This document shows, one piece after another, positions 18,219 through 28,400 of a stretch of DNA of 54,018 nt. Numbering within the stretch: the stretch's first letter is position 1; each line of letters opens with the position of its first letter. The notes under the pieces were generated by a model. The model did not search any database and was not told the origin of the DNA. It worked only from the letters and a program-made list of their open reading frames with translations. Origin of the DNA: Candidatus Acidiferrales bacterium (GTDB taxonomy: Bacteria > Acidobacteriota > Terriglobia > Acidiferrales > UBA7541); the NCBI GenBank assembly GCA_035264005.1, contig DATFQU010000349.1, positions 1 to 54,018 of the forward strand, given 5' to 3'. Both the position numbers and the translations under genes were made by a program.

Positions 18219-18788
18219 TTACGATGGCCCGACTCCCATGTCCTGCAAAATACGTGCTAATTCGATGCGCCCGCGATTGATTCGGGATTTTACCGTACCT
18301 TCGGGCACGGAAAGAACCTGCTGAATCTCGACGTATTCCAAGCCCTGCAAGTCGCGAAGAATGACCGCTTCGCGCAACTCCGGCGAAAGGCGCGAAAGCG
18401 CTGATTGAACTTGCGCGCTCAGTTCCCGCGCCATGGCTGCTTTGTCCGGCGTGCGCACCGGTGAATGCTTCTCCTCGACCACCGGTAAAACGTCCTCCAG
18501 CGCGTCGGTCATGCGGTCGCGGCGTGAGCGACGGTAATGATCCACCAGAAGATTGCGCGTAACGCTGGTCAGCCACGTCGGAAAGCCACCGTAGGCTGTG
18601 CGGTAGCTTGCGAGCGTCTTGTAAATGCGCAGGAAAACTTCCTGGCTGAGGTCTTCCGCTTCGGACGAATTGTTGGTGAAGCGATAGCATAAACTGTAGA
18701 CGCGCCGCGCGTGGCGCCGCACAAGCTCCTCCCAGGCCGGCCCATCGCCCCGGAGGCATCGCTGGACCAGTTGGGCGTCCGCTTCCAA
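18219..18788 (-). CDS. ECF-type RNA polymerase sigma-70 factor
   Basis: 189 aa with sigma region 2 (AEDLSQEVFLRIYKTLASYR..FPTWLTSVTRNLLVDHYR) and region 4 (REAVILRDLQGLEYVEIQQVLSVPEGTVKSRINRGR). The start is TTG 18788, with gagga 9-10 nt upstream. Confidence 0.9.
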   Translation of the reverse strand: MEADAQLVQRCLRGDGPAWEELVRRHARRVYSLCYRFTNNSSEAEDLSQEVFLRIYKTLASYRTAYGGFPTWLTSVTRNLLVDHYRRSRRDRMTDALEDVLPVVEEKHSPVRTPDKAAMARELSAQVQSALSRLSPELREAVILRDLQGLEYVEIQQVLSVPEGTVKSRINRGRIELARILQDMGVGPS

Positions 18789-18834
18789 TCGTCATTTTCC
18801 TCACAGGGAACATGGCGTTCGGCCTCAATCTATG

Positions 18835-18861
18835 AAACGAGAAAAGTGGCCGAAAAGTTCC
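18835..18861 (-). promoter_or_regulatory. candidate autoregulated ECF promoter (GGAAC-N17-CGTTT)
   Basis: The reverse strand reads tgcGGAACttttcggccacttttctCGTTTcat, about 45 nt upstream of the sigma start codon. It matches the general ECF -35 GGAAC / -10 CGT architecture. Confidence 0.4.
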
Positions 18862-18958
18862 GCACCGTTGCGGCATCTTAGCTGTGTCAGGGATGTAAGA
18901 CAAGCGACACCTCCGGCCGGGTGGCCTGGGAGGTGCTTTTCAAGAATGGAGATGCAAG

Positions 18959-19471
18959 TCAGATAAACAGTTCTTCGTCGGGTTGCGTCACGGCCGCATT
19001 TCGTGCGCCGCGCTCTCCGCGTATGAAATCGATGCCTGTACGGATGCCCTTGAGGACTGCCGAGGCTTGCTGCAGCGGGCCAAAGACCGTCCGACGGAGG
19101 CGCAAGCCGGCATCCTCGACGGCCTCCAAGGTGCCCGTAATTATAGTGTCCGCGCGAATGATTTGGCTGCGCATGCGATCGAGCGAGTCCGTAACGACGC
19201 GGTCGATTTTCTGCGCCTGGTCACGCGCGAGACGGGTCATCTCCGCGGCATCGCTGACAATGCTGCCGATTTTCTCTTCGGAAGTTTCGAGGATTCGTCC
19301 AAACCGGAAAAGAAGAGGATCCATCTTTCTCTGCATTTCGTGGATCGCTTCATGGACTTCCTTGCTGGTTTGCCGAAATTGCAAAAACAGACCGCCCAGA
19401 ATGAGCATCTGCATTATGACCGCGATGGTGATGACGATGAAAATCGCGATCAACCAGCCGTTCACGAGCAT
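18959..19471 (-). CDS. DUF948-like membrane-anchored coiled-coil protein
   Basis: It has an N-terminal TM helix (LIAIFIVITIAVIMQMLILGGLFL) followed by a long helical region. It sits directly downstream of a YtxH-like gene, a pairing known from Firmicutes ytxG/ytxH loci. Confidence 0.45.
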   Translation of the reverse strand: MLVNGWLIAIFIVITIAVIMQMLILGGLFLQFRQTSKEVHEAIHEMQRKMDPLLFRFGRILETSEEKIGSIVSDAAEMTRLARDQAQKIDRVVTDSLDRMRSQIIRADTIITGTLEAVEDAGLRLRRTVFGPLQQASAVLKGIRTGIDFIRGERGARNAAVTQPDEELFI

Positions 19472-19495
19472 GAGCTTTTCTCGATTCTCGCAGCG

Positions 19496-19789
19496 TTACT
19501 GCGCTTTGGACCTCTCGCGCTGGTAGGTCTCCTTGCCGGCTTCCACCGCGGCGGCAATCGAACCCTTTTCGCGGTTCACGATTTCCTTGCTACGCTCGAT
19601 CAGATCCTCGGCGCGTTCGCGCAGTTCGCGCGCTTTCTTTTGAGCGTACTCCCGGCCTTCGTCGGCCTTTTGGGTCAAAAATTCGCGCGTCTCTTCGCCG
19701 GACTTCGGTGCGAACAGTATGCCCACCAGAGTTCCAATTCCCAGGCCCACGATGAAGTAGCTGATTTTCGCCCCAACGTTCTCTGCCAT
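19496..19789 (-). CDS. YtxH domain protein (general-stress-type small membrane protein)
   Basis: ATG 19789 is preceded by aggaggtg. The protein reads MAENVGAKISYFIVGLGIGTLVGILFAPKSGEETREFLTQKADE.... The LFAPKSG-ETR motif is the YtxH signature. Confidence 0.7.
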   Translation of the reverse strand: MAENVGAKISYFIVGLGIGTLVGILFAPKSGEETREFLTQKADEGREYAQKKARELRERAEDLIERSKEIVNREKGSIAAAVEAGKETYQRERSKAQ

Positions 19790-19921
19790 CTCGCACCTCC
19801 TAGCCAGCCAACGTAGCACACACACCCGAGGCAGGCAAGAAGGCTAAACTGTACATGCCCAAAGAATTTCGCTGTATCCATACGCTGCCGCATGGATGCA
19901 CGCGCTGCAAGCCCGAATTGC

Positions 19922-21805
19922 TCAGGACGCTGAGTTGCCCGCCGTGATGTTCTCGTGGAAAAAACTGTGGAGCCTTTCAGCCTTCGAACGCGGCAGTGCG
20001 GCGGCGAGTTCGTCCACGCTCATTTGCCTGAGGCGCGCGACGCTGCCAAATTTCTTCAATAATTTACGGGCGGTATGCTGGCCGATGCCGGGAACGCTGG
20101 TGAGCGAGGTGGCTACGCGGCTTTTGCTCCGGCGCTGGCGGTGAAACGTCACGGCGAAGCGGTGCGTTTCGTCGCGAATCTGCTGGATCACATGCAAGAT
20201 GGGCGAATGGTGGTCCAGGCGAATGGGATCGTTCTCGCGGCCCGCAACGTAGAGAATCTCTTCCTTTTTGGCGATGCTGGCGAGCGGTTGTTCAGGCAAT
20301 CCCAGGGTGTTCAGCGCTTCGGCCGCGGCGTGCAGTTGGCCAATTCCGCCGTCAATCAGAACCAGCGAGGGAAGCGAGGTTTTTTCTTCGATCAGTCTTC
20401 GGTAGCGCCGCGTTACGGCCTCGCGCATGCTGGCGAAATCGTCGCGCAAAAGTGAGTCTTCGGTTTCGCGAAGCTCGCCCGCCATGGCGGCATGTGCAGG
20501 CTGGTCCGTGGCACGGCCGCGAATGATGAACTTGCGATAGTCGGACTTCTTCATCTTTCCGTTTTCCCAAACGACCATGGATGCGACGGCATCCGATCCC
20601 TGAATGTGCGAAATGTCGAAGCTTTCGATGCGCTTGGGAGGCTCGGGCAGTCCGAGCGCCGCTGCCAGCGCTTCTGCTATCACTTCCGACGCGGGTTTCA
20701 TCACGCGAAAACGCTGATTGAAAGAATGCTTTGCGTTCGTCTCGACCAAATCGACGAGCGCGCGCTTTGCTCCCCGTTGCGGTGCGATGATTTCCACGCG
20801 ATGGCCGCTGTCTTCGGAAAATACTTCCTGCAGCAGTTCGCATTCCTCGAAGTTCACTGGCACGTGAATGAAGCGCGGAATGTATTTCGAGCCGAGGTAA
20901 ATCTGTTTGAGCAGAGAAGTGAGAAACTCCACAGGCTCGAATTCATCCAGGTCTTCCCAATAAAACTCTCGCCGGTCGACGACTCTCCCACTGCGAACGT
21001 GAAATAGATTCGCCGCGACCTGCGGAGGCTCGGCGTACCACGCCAGCACGTCGATATCTTCTCCGGCGGCGGCGGCGATCTTTTGACGCTCGTCCATGTC
21101 ATCGAGCGTGCGAATCAGGTTCCGGTAGCCAGTGGCGGCCTCAAATCGTTCGTCGTCAGAGGCGCGGTGCATGCGCCCTTCGAGGCTCTTCACCAGGTCT
21201 TTGCGGCGCCCTTCGAGAAACGTCCGCGTGTCATGCGCGGCCTCGGCGTAACGTTCTTCGAGCGTCTGGTTAGTTTCGGCCGGACCCAAGCTGCGGCTCA
21301 GATAGAATTCAATCCATGCGCGAGAGTGCGGCCGGTTCATCTCCATTTTTTCGGAAGGGATGCCAAAATAGCGGTTGATAAAGTGAACGATGCGATGTGC
21401 CAGGCTTGCCGGAAAGTAAGGGCCGAAGAAGAGCGAGCCGTTCTTTTCGAGCCGCCGCGTGACAAATACGCGCGGAAACTCTTCCGCGGCCGTGAAGCAA
21501 ATGTAAGGATACGTTTTGTCGTCGCGCAGCAGAACATTGAATTTTGGCTTGTTCTGCTTGATCAGATTGTTTTCGAGCGCCAGCGCCTCGCGCTCGTTGT
21601 CTACGACGATGTATTCGGCATCCGCTATTTCGCGGACCAGCGAGCCGGTTTTCGCATCGGATTGGCGCACCGCGAGAAAATAGGACTTCACGCGATGCCG
21701 TAGCGACTTCGCCTTGCCGACGTAAATGATCTTCTCCGCCGCGTCCTTGAAGAGATAGACGCCGGGCTCGAGCGGGAATTCAGCAACCTTTTCGCGCGGA
21801 TCCAT
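19922..21805 (-). CDS. uvrC: excinuclease ABC subunit C
   Basis: 627 aa. It has the GIY-YIG N-terminus (PGVYLFKDAAEKIIYVGKAKSLRHRVKSYF), a UVR domain, an RNase H-like endonuclease domain, and a C-terminal (HhH)2 (LTSVPGIGQHTARKLLKKFGS). Confidence 0.97.
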   Translation of the reverse strand: MDPREKVAEFPLEPGVYLFKDAAEKIIYVGKAKSLRHRVKSYFLAVRQSDAKTGSLVREIADAEYIVVDNEREALALENNLIKQNKPKFNVLLRDDKTYPYICFTAAEEFPRVFVTRRLEKNGSLFFGPYFPASLAHRIVHFINRYFGIPSEKMEMNRPHSRAWIEFYLSRSLGPAETNQTLEERYAEAAHDTRTFLEGRRKDLVKSLEGRMHRASDDERFEAATGYRNLIRTLDDMDERQKIAAAAGEDIDVLAWYAEPPQVAANLFHVRSGRVVDRREFYWEDLDEFEPVEFLTSLLKQIYLGSKYIPRFIHVPVNFEECELLQEVFSEDSGHRVEIIAPQRGAKRALVDLVETNAKHSFNQRFRVMKPASEVIAEALAAALGLPEPPKRIESFDISHIQGSDAVASMVVWENGKMKKSDYRKFIIRGRATDQPAHAAMAGELRETEDSLLRDDFASMREAVTRRYRRLIEEKTSLPSLVLIDGGIGQLHAAAEALNTLGLPEQPLASIAKKEEILYVAGRENDPIRLDHHSPILHVIQQIRDETHRFAVTFHRQRRSKSRVATSLTSVPGIGQHTARKLLKKFGSVARLRQMSVDELAAALPRSKAERLHSFFHENITAGNSAS

Positions 21806-21908
21806 AGGAAAGAGTTATGCTGTCCATAGCGCGAACTTCGCGCATTGATGCGGGACGTTTTATATTAGCAAAACGCGGCGTTTGCCGCTGCCGGAGGCTG
21901 GAATAGAG

Positions 21909-22337
21909 ATGCGTTTGTCGCTACAAAGTCCGTTGCTCGTCGCTGTTGTTTTGGCCTGTGCGTGTGTTTCTTTCGCGCAAACCAAGCCCGCCGCGCCTCA
22001 AACGGAAGCCCAGACTTCATCGTCGAATTACAGCCCAATGCTCGCGGCTCACGATGTGCAAGTCGGCAAGTTCTACGCGAAGCGTGGCGATTTGGATGGC
22101 GCAATCGCTCGTTACAAGGACGCATTGCTCCACAAGCCAAATTACGCCGAGCCGTGTTTGCTGCTCGGCCAAGCCTATGAGCAGAAAAACGACGCAGCCA
22201 CGGCAATCAATTATTACCAGCAGTATCTGAAAATCCTGCCGGACACTTCGGAATCGAAGAAGGTGCGCAAGCGCATCGACGAGCTGCAGGAAAAGGTGAA
22301 GAAAAATCCGGGCGGTTCGAGCCAGTCAAGCCGATAG
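21909..22337 (+). CDS. small exported TPR protein (possible lipoprotein)
   Basis: I prefer ATG 21909: MRLSLQSPLLVAVVLACACVSFAQ. TPR units are present: GKFYAKRGDLDGAIARYKDALLHKPNYAEPCLLLGQAYEQKNDAATAINYYQQYLKILP. Confidence 0.7.
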   Translation: MRLSLQSPLLVAVVLACACVSFAQTKPAAPQTEAQTSSSNYSPMLAAHDVQVGKFYAKRGDLDGAIARYKDALLHKPNYAEPCLLLGQAYEQKNDAATAINYYQQYLKILPDTSESKKVRKRIDELQEKVKKNPGGSSQSSR

Positions 22338-22343
22338 ACGTCT

Positions 22344-23060
22344 TCAGGAAAACCGTTTGAGAAATTTCATCGCACGGCGGTAATCCCGGAACTTTTTCTC
22401 TTCCACTCGAAATTCACGCGAATGCGCTTCCAGACGGCACCGTGCGACCTTGATTGGATGCTTGCGATGCAGCATCTCGTGGTAGAGAACATATGCGACG
22501 ACGTATTCGGGCACGTTCGGACGATCCAGCGCGACATTGATGGCGATCTGGTCGAGCGCGGGATCGAAAATTCCCAGTTGACTGCGCCATCGCCGCGTGC
22601 TCCAGCCGATTTTCGGCTTCGGCAGCTCACCGCGAAAATACGCCCCATTCAATTCGTCAAACATTCTCGTTAAATCAAAACGCTGGCCTTGCGCCTCGCG
22701 AATCTTGCGCCGAGCCCGTCTCCTTCGCACCGCATGCAGTTTTGTGCGCGTAGCGCGTGCCTGTGAGTACTCCCTGTATGCCTCCGCAAACTCGCGCGGC
22801 AATCGCCGCCGATACAAGCGTGTCAGCAAAATTGCTGCCACCGCTTCGATGACTTCCAGGGGCGCGTCTCGCAGCAAATCTGACAAGCGCACATACGCCG
22901 TCTCGTGCCGCAAGCGAATCGAATGCGTCAAATTGGCGTATGGGTAGAACTCGACGCTGAAATTTGGCGGGCGCCCCTCGCAATTGAGCCGGGTATAGAT
23001 TCGCTGGAAGAGCATCGCGCCGCCGGGAACGCTTCGCGATGCAGAGGGGCGCGTTTTCAC
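22344..23060 (-). CDS. zinc metallopeptidase-like protein (HEMLH; YgjP/DUF45-like or SprT-like zincin)
   Basis: ...IGWSTRRWRSQLGIFDPALDQIAINVALDRPNVPEYVVAYVLYHEMLHRKHP...HSREFRVEEKKF. This combines an HExxH with the W-x-x-R...G...I-x-hN pattern of DUF45/SprT zincins. The GTG start at 23060 overlaps the upstream stop (GTGA). Confidence 0.6.
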   Translation of the reverse strand: MKTRPSASRSVPGGAMLFQRIYTRLNCEGRPPNFSVEFYPYANLTHSIRLRHETAYVRLSDLLRDAPLEVIEAVAAILLTRLYRRRLPREFAEAYREYSQARATRTKLHAVRRRRARRKIREAQGQRFDLTRMFDELNGAYFRGELPKPKIGWSTRRWRSQLGIFDPALDQIAINVALDRPNVPEYVVAYVLYHEMLHRKHPIKVARCRLEAHSREFRVEEKKFRDYRRAMKFLKRFS

Positions 23061-23593
23061 TGCTTTCTCCGGATTGGCCCGGAGCCGTATTCCTTGGAAG
23101 CTTTCTCCGCGTCGGCCACTGCGTCCTGCGTCGACGAGATAGCATCATCGAGAGAGTCTTTATAAGAGGCAAGCTCAGGCCCGTTCGCTCCTTCAATGGC
23201 TTTCAGGGTTTCGAGATACCCTTTGGCGCGCTTTTCCATGTCTTTGATGGCAGGACGAATTTTCGCGGCGGCGTGCTGGCCTTCCTGAATGCGGTCGGCG
23301 GCTTCGTCCATGCAGCTGGAATATCCCTGAAGCAATCCCTTGAGCAATTGAGGCTTGTCGACCTGAGGGTTTGTTAGCTGCAGCTCGTATTGAACTTTCT
23401 TCAGCCGGTCCTGCGCAAAATCCAGGAACAGTTTGATGCGATCGCCAGCGTTGACCGCGTCGCGAACCTTATCCGCTTCGGCGGGACTCAGAAAATCGGG
23501 TTGGTCTTGCGCCCTCGCAGCCGCCGGAAGCAACAGGATTGCTCCCGCGAACGCCATTACCAAGGCTGCCGATAGACATCTGACTCTACTCAC
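23057..23593 (-). CDS. exported alpha-helical hypothetical protein
   Basis: GTG 23593 is preceded by AGGAG that overlaps the upstream TAG stop. It has the signal peptide MSRVRCLSAALVMAFAGAILLLPAAARA. The rest is charged and helical, with no motif I recognise. Confidence 0.5.
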   Translation of the reverse strand: MSRVRCLSAALVMAFAGAILLLPAAARAQDQPDFLSPAEADKVRDAVNAGDRIKLFLDFAQDRLKKVQYELQLTNPQVDKPQLLKGLLQGYSSCMDEAADRIQEGQHAAAKIRPAIKDMEKRAKGYLETLKAIEGANGPELASYKDSLDDAISSTQDAVADAEKASKEYGSGPIRRKQ

Positions 23594-23602
23594 AGATCGC
23601 TC

Positions 23603-24106
23603 CTAGGGGTTGTTCTGCCGGCCGCTTTGCTTGTTTGGCGCGCGCCGCGGAAACAGTTCCAGAATCAATTTCTGATTGAGTTCGTCCAAAGCGTTTCCCA
23701 GTTCATCGAACGGCTGACGCTGCCCAAATCCGACGCGGTTGATCAGTTCCCTCAAGTCGCGCTCGCGTTCGCGCACGGAAATTTGCAGCTGCCGGAAGCC
23801 GTTCGAGTGCTTCACCGGATCAGCGCCTGTTTTGACGAGCGCGTCGTGAGTCTCGGTCACTTGATGGTTATAGTCTTTCAGGAATTGCAGCGCTTCGTCG
23901 ATTTTGCCTTCGCTGAATGCTTGTCGCGCGGCTACGTATTCCTCATGGCCCAGTTTTTCGATTGCTTTGGCGCGGGCGATGGGATCGGTTGCATGATCGT
24001 AATTCAATTTGTCCTTCGCAAGGTCATCTTGCACACGAGCCTTTTGCGCCGGAGAGACGAGCAACAAGCCAAGAACGCATGCGTGCGCAAAGCGAGGCCC
24101 GCCCAC
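23603..24106 (-). CDS. exported alpha-helical hypothetical protein
   Basis: The GTG start lies 1 nt after the upstream stop. It has a short hydrophobic N-terminus (ACVLGLLLVSPAQ). Composition is charged and helical, with no motif I recognise. Confidence 0.5.
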   Translation of the reverse strand: MGGPRFAHACVLGLLLVSPAQKARVQDDLAKDKLNYDHATDPIARAKAIEKLGHEEYVAARQAFSEGKIDEALQFLKDYNHQVTETHDALVKTGADPVKHSNGFRQLQISVRERERDLRELINRVGFGQRQPFDELGNALDELNQKLILELFPRRAPNKQSGRQNNP

Positions 24107-24107
24107 G

Positions 24108-25439
24108 TCAGTGCCCCTTCTTCTTGATCAGGAGTTGCAGAAACCTCACGCGTTCGGTCGCCTGAAAATACTGGTCGCTGTTCTTGTTCGTGTTCATCGC
24201 CAAAAATTTCTGATAGGCGGCGAGCGCCTGTTCGGGCTGATTACCGTGATCGTAACACAACGCGCGCACAAACCAGTCTCCGGCGGTTGGCGGCTGGTGC
24301 TGGGCAAGAGCGTCCAAAGCCGCGAGCGTGGCCGAAAAATTGTTTTGCAGATATTCGGCGCTAACCAGATCGCGAAGCGTGCCCGTTGAACTCGGATCCA
24401 AGCGAAGCGCCTCGCTTAATTCCCGCGCGGCATTGGGATAGTTTTTGGTCTCGAGCAGCGCGTGTCCGAGGCTGGCGTGAATTGACGCGTCGCTCGGCGC
24501 CATCGGCTCTGCCTTCTGCAAGGCAGTGACCGCGTCTGCGAACTTCTTCTTTCGGTAGTCGATTGCGGAACGCAGTTTGAGGGCGTCTATAGTTTCAGGT
24601 GCGTCCTTCGCGGCGCGGTCCAGCGCTGCCAGCGCCTCGTCATTTTTGCCAAGATCGGCCAGCACCGATGCTTGCATGAATCGCGCCTTGCCGTCATTCG
24701 GATCGGCGTTCAGGTAAGTCGTCAGCGCATCCGCGGCAGCGGCATTCTTTTTCTGACGAAGCAAACTTTCCGCCAAGCCAAGCTCAGCTTGCTGGTCGTC
24801 TTTCTGGTCGTTGGGCTTCAATCGCAGCACTTGGCGAAATTCGTCCTCGGCATCGGCGGCTTTTCCTGCGGCGAGATAGATTCTGCCGAGCGCCTCGTGA
24901 GCATCTGTGTCATTGGGATCCAGCTTGATTGCAGCGCTGAATTCTTTGTCAGCATCGGCGGCGTTCCCAGCGCGCTCCTCTGCAACTCCCAGCAGAAAAT
25001 GCCCGCGCTCGAACGAATCATTCAGCATAATGACATTCTGCAGCGGCTCAATTGCATCTTTCGGGTCATCGGAAAGCAAGCTGAGGCCCAGATTCAACTG
25101 TGCGTCCATCATTTTGGGATCGAGCTGTACAGCCTTGCGGTATTCGGCGATAGCTTTGTCTTTTTCTTTTTGCGCGGTGAAAACGTAGCCCAGATCGAAA
25201 TGCGCCGCAGCGTCACTGGGGCGTTGCGCCAAATACTTTTCGTAGTCAGTTTGTGCGTCTGCGTAGTTGTTGGCGTCGGTTTCGGCTTTCGCTTTGACCA
25301 ACAAGTCGTGGAGCGCCTGATCTTCCGCCGACACGTAGCGCATATGCGTTCGCGATTCGGATTGGGATAGGGCGGCACGCGGCGCCAGCGCAAAAACCGC
25401 TAAAGCGCACAGCGCGCCAGCTCGCGTTGTCCATTTCAT
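24108..25439 (-). CDS. exported tetratricopeptide (TPR) repeat protein
   Basis: ATG 25439 overlaps the uvrA stop (ATGA). It has the signal peptide [25 protein letters not shown]. At least 9 consecutive TPR units follow (e.g. AHFDLGYVFTAQKEKDKAIAEYRKAVQLDPK). Confidence 0.8.
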   Translation of the reverse strand: MKWTTRAGALCALAVFALAPRAALSQSESRTHMRYVSAEDQALHDLLVKAKAETDANNYADAQTDYEKYLAQRPSDAAAHFDLGYVFTAQKEKDKAIAEYRKAVQLDPKMMDAQLNLGLSLLSDDPKDAIEPLQNVIMLNDSFERGHFLLGVAEERAGNAADADKEFSAAIKLDPNDTDAHEALGRIYLAAGKAADAEDEFRQVLRLKPNDQKDDQQAELGLAESLLRQKKNAAAADALTTYLNADPNDGKARFMQASVLADLGKNDEALAALDRAAKDAPETIDALKLRSAIDYRKKKFADAVTALQKAEPMAPSDASIHASLGHALLETKNYPNAARELSEALRLDPSSTGTLRDLVSAEYLQNNFSATLAALDALAQHQPPTAGDWFVRALCYDHGNQPEQALAAYQKFLAMNTNKNSDQYFQATERVRFLQLLIKKKGH

Positions 25440-28400
25440 GGGGTGTGATTGCGATGATTCGAGTGATTCGCCGAATTGTTGCCGCGCCCGTTGTGATTCA
25501 GCACGTGCGCCAGGAATTTGCCGGTGTATGACTGGTTGTTTCGCGCGATTTGTTCCGGAGTTCCGCATCCCACCAGTTGCCCGCCGCGCTCTCCGCCTTC
25601 AGGACCCAAATCAATCACCCAATCCGCCGATTTGATCACGTCCAAATTGTGCTCGATAATCAGCACGGACGCGCCACCTTCCAGTAATTTGCGAAATGCC
25701 GCCAGCAGCTTGGCAATATCGTCAAAATGCAACCCGGTTGTCGGCTCATCGAAAATGTACAGCACGCCGGTATTCTCTTGCCGCGTGAGATGCGCGGCGA
25801 GTTTCAAGCGTTGCGCCTCGCCTCCCGAAAGCGTCGATGCCGACTGGCCCAGCCGCAAATATCCGAGCCCGACTTCGTCCAGGACTTTCAGCTTCGAAGT
25901 GACTTTTGGCGCTCCGGCGAAAAACGCGAGCGACTCGTGCACCGTCATTTGCAGCACGTCATGCACGTTTTTCCCGTGATAACGCACGTCCAGAATGCCG
26001 CTCTTGTACCGCGTCCCTTTGCATTCCTCGCAAATCAGTTCCACGTCCGCGAGAAAACGCATTTCCACGGTGACCGTTCCGTCGCCCTGGCACGCCTCGC
26101 AGCGCCCGCCGGGAATGTTGAACGAAAAATGCCCCGCGGTGTAGCCGCGCTTTTTTGCGTCGGGCGTCGCCGCGAAGATTTCACGAATCGCATCAAACGC
26201 CTTCAAATACGTCGCCGGATTTGACCTCGGCGTGCGCCCAATCGGCGACTGGTCAACAAGCTCCACCGCCGTCAGCGCTGTGTCGCCTTCGATGTTGTCG
26301 CACGCATCGCGCCAGTTGCCGCCATTTCGTTTCGCTTGCAGCGTTTTGTACAGCACTTCGTAAACCAGCGTCGACTTTCCCGAGCCGGAGACGCCGGTAA
26401 TGGCCACAATCATGCTCAACGGAATCATCAAGTCGATTTCTTTCAGATTGTGACTTCGCGCCTTTAAAACCCGAAGAAACTTTCCGTGTGGCTTTCGCCG
26501 CGCCGAAGGGACCGGAATGCGCAGCTCGCCGCTCAAATAACGCGCGGTCAGCGAATGCGTGTCCGCCTCAAGTTCCTTTTGCGTGCCCGCGAACATCATT
26601 TTGCCGCCGTGCTCGCCCGCGCCCGGACCCAAGTCCATCACGTAGTCCGCTGCGCGAATCGTCTCCGCGTCGTGCTCCACCACGAGCAGTGTGTTCCCGA
26701 GTTCGCGCAAACTTTTGAGGATCGCAATCAATCGGTGTGTGTCTCGCGGATGGAGCCCAATCGACGGTTCATCCAGCACGTAAAGCGCTCCGGCTAAGTG
26801 TGAACCGAGCGAAGTAGCCAGCTGAATTCTCTGCGATTCGCCGCCGGATAATGTCGAAGTCAGCCGGTCAAGCGTCAGGTAATCGAGTCCCACTTCGTCC
26901 AAAAATCTCAGGCGCTGCTGAATTTCTTCCAGCACTTTTCCGGCAATCACTGCTTCGCCTGGGCTCAATTCCAGCGACGAGAAGAACTTCCGCGCTTCAG
27001 CCACGGTCATCTCGCACGCCTCTGTGATCGATTTTCCGGCCACGCGCACCGCGCGCGCTTCCTGCCGCAGCCGCGTGCCCCGGCAATCCGGGCACGTTGC
27101 ATATCCGCGATACCGGCTCAGGAACACCCGTACATGCAGCTTGTATTTCTTGCGCTCCAACCATGCGAAAAATCCCTTCACTCCGGCGAACTTTTCCTTG
27201 GAATCTCCCTCGATGATTTTTTCGCGCTGCGCTTCGGTCAAATTGCGGAATGGAACATCAAGCGAAATTCCTTTTTTCTTTGCGTACTGCTTCATTTCCT
27301 GAAACTCTTCGCGGTAGCGCGGTTTCGTCCAAGGCTCGATCGCGCCGCCTGCGAGGCTCAAGCTCTTATCGGGAATCACGCGGTCGATGTCGAAGTCAAT
27401 CGTGTTGCCGAAGCCCTGGCATCGCGGGCACGCGCCATAAGGATTGTTGAACGAAAACAGCCGCGGCTCCGGCTCCTGATACGTGATCCGGCACTTCTTG
27501 CATTCGAAGCGCTCGGTGAAAACCATCCGCTCCGGCGCTGCCTCGGCCCCATCCGGCGCGCGTTCCGGCACGAATTCCAGAATCGCCTCGCTGTGTCCTT
27601 CGCGATAGCAAATCTCAATCGAATCCATCAACCTTGAACGAATTTCCGGCCCCACTGCCAGCCGGTCTACGATCACATAGACAGGTTTGCTGAAATCCAT
27701 ATCGAGCAGCGTTTCGGGAGAAGAGAATTCGTACATTCGCCCCAACTGATACAGCCGGTTGAATCCGCGCTTTTGCAAACTCGTGAGGGTTTGCTTGACC
27801 GCGTCCGCTGCGGGGGCCGGCTTTCTTGCTCGGGCCTTCAACGGCGGAGCGAGTTCTGCCTGCAGCACGAGCTGATACAGCACGTAAAACCTGCGCCCTT
27901 CGGGCAGTTTCAACACGCGCTCCGCAATTTCGTCGACCGTGTCCTTCTTGACCTCTTCTCCGCACACCACGCAGAATGTGTGTCCCACGCGCGCAAACAG
28001 CAACCGCATGTAATCGTAAATCTCCGTCGACGTGGCCACCGTCGAGCGCGGGTTCCGCGTCGAATTTTTTTGCCGTATCGCAATCGCCGGCGCGATGCCG
28101 GTCATTTCGTCCACGTCCGGCTTTTCGATGCGTTCCAGAAACTGCCGCGCGTACGCCGAGAGCGACTCGATGTAGCGCCGCTGCCCCTCGGCATAAATTG
28201 TGTCGAACGCGAGGCTCGATTTGCCTGAACCCGATACGCCCGTTACCACCGTGATTGCATTGTGCGGAATTTCGAAGTCGATGTTCTTCAGATTGTGTAC
28301 GCGCGCGCCGCGCACACGAATCGCATCCTGCCCCAAATCGCTGGCCGGCGCGCCGCCGTTCGTCGCCCCGGCTGGCGCTGGCCTTTCCGCGCGCAATTCC

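Noticed and set aside
18199-18903. 234-aa ORF in an alternative minus-strand frame over the sigma-factor gene
   Set aside because: The 18219..18788 frame encodes clear sigma-70 regions 2 and 4. The alternative frame gives an Arg/Pro/Gly-rich product with no features.
18983-19816. 277-aa ORF on the plus strand
   Set aside because: It is antisense to the YtxH (LFAPKSGEETR motif, strong aggaggtg RBS) and DUF948-like genes. The minus-strand interpretation is better supported.
21806-21908. Search for SOS/LexA-type boxes upstream of uvrC (and of uvrA at 28496..28642)
   Set aside because: I found no CTGT-N8-ACAG or GTTC-N7-GTTC-like element. The acidobacterial LexA motif is not known to me with confidence, so its absence is not informative.
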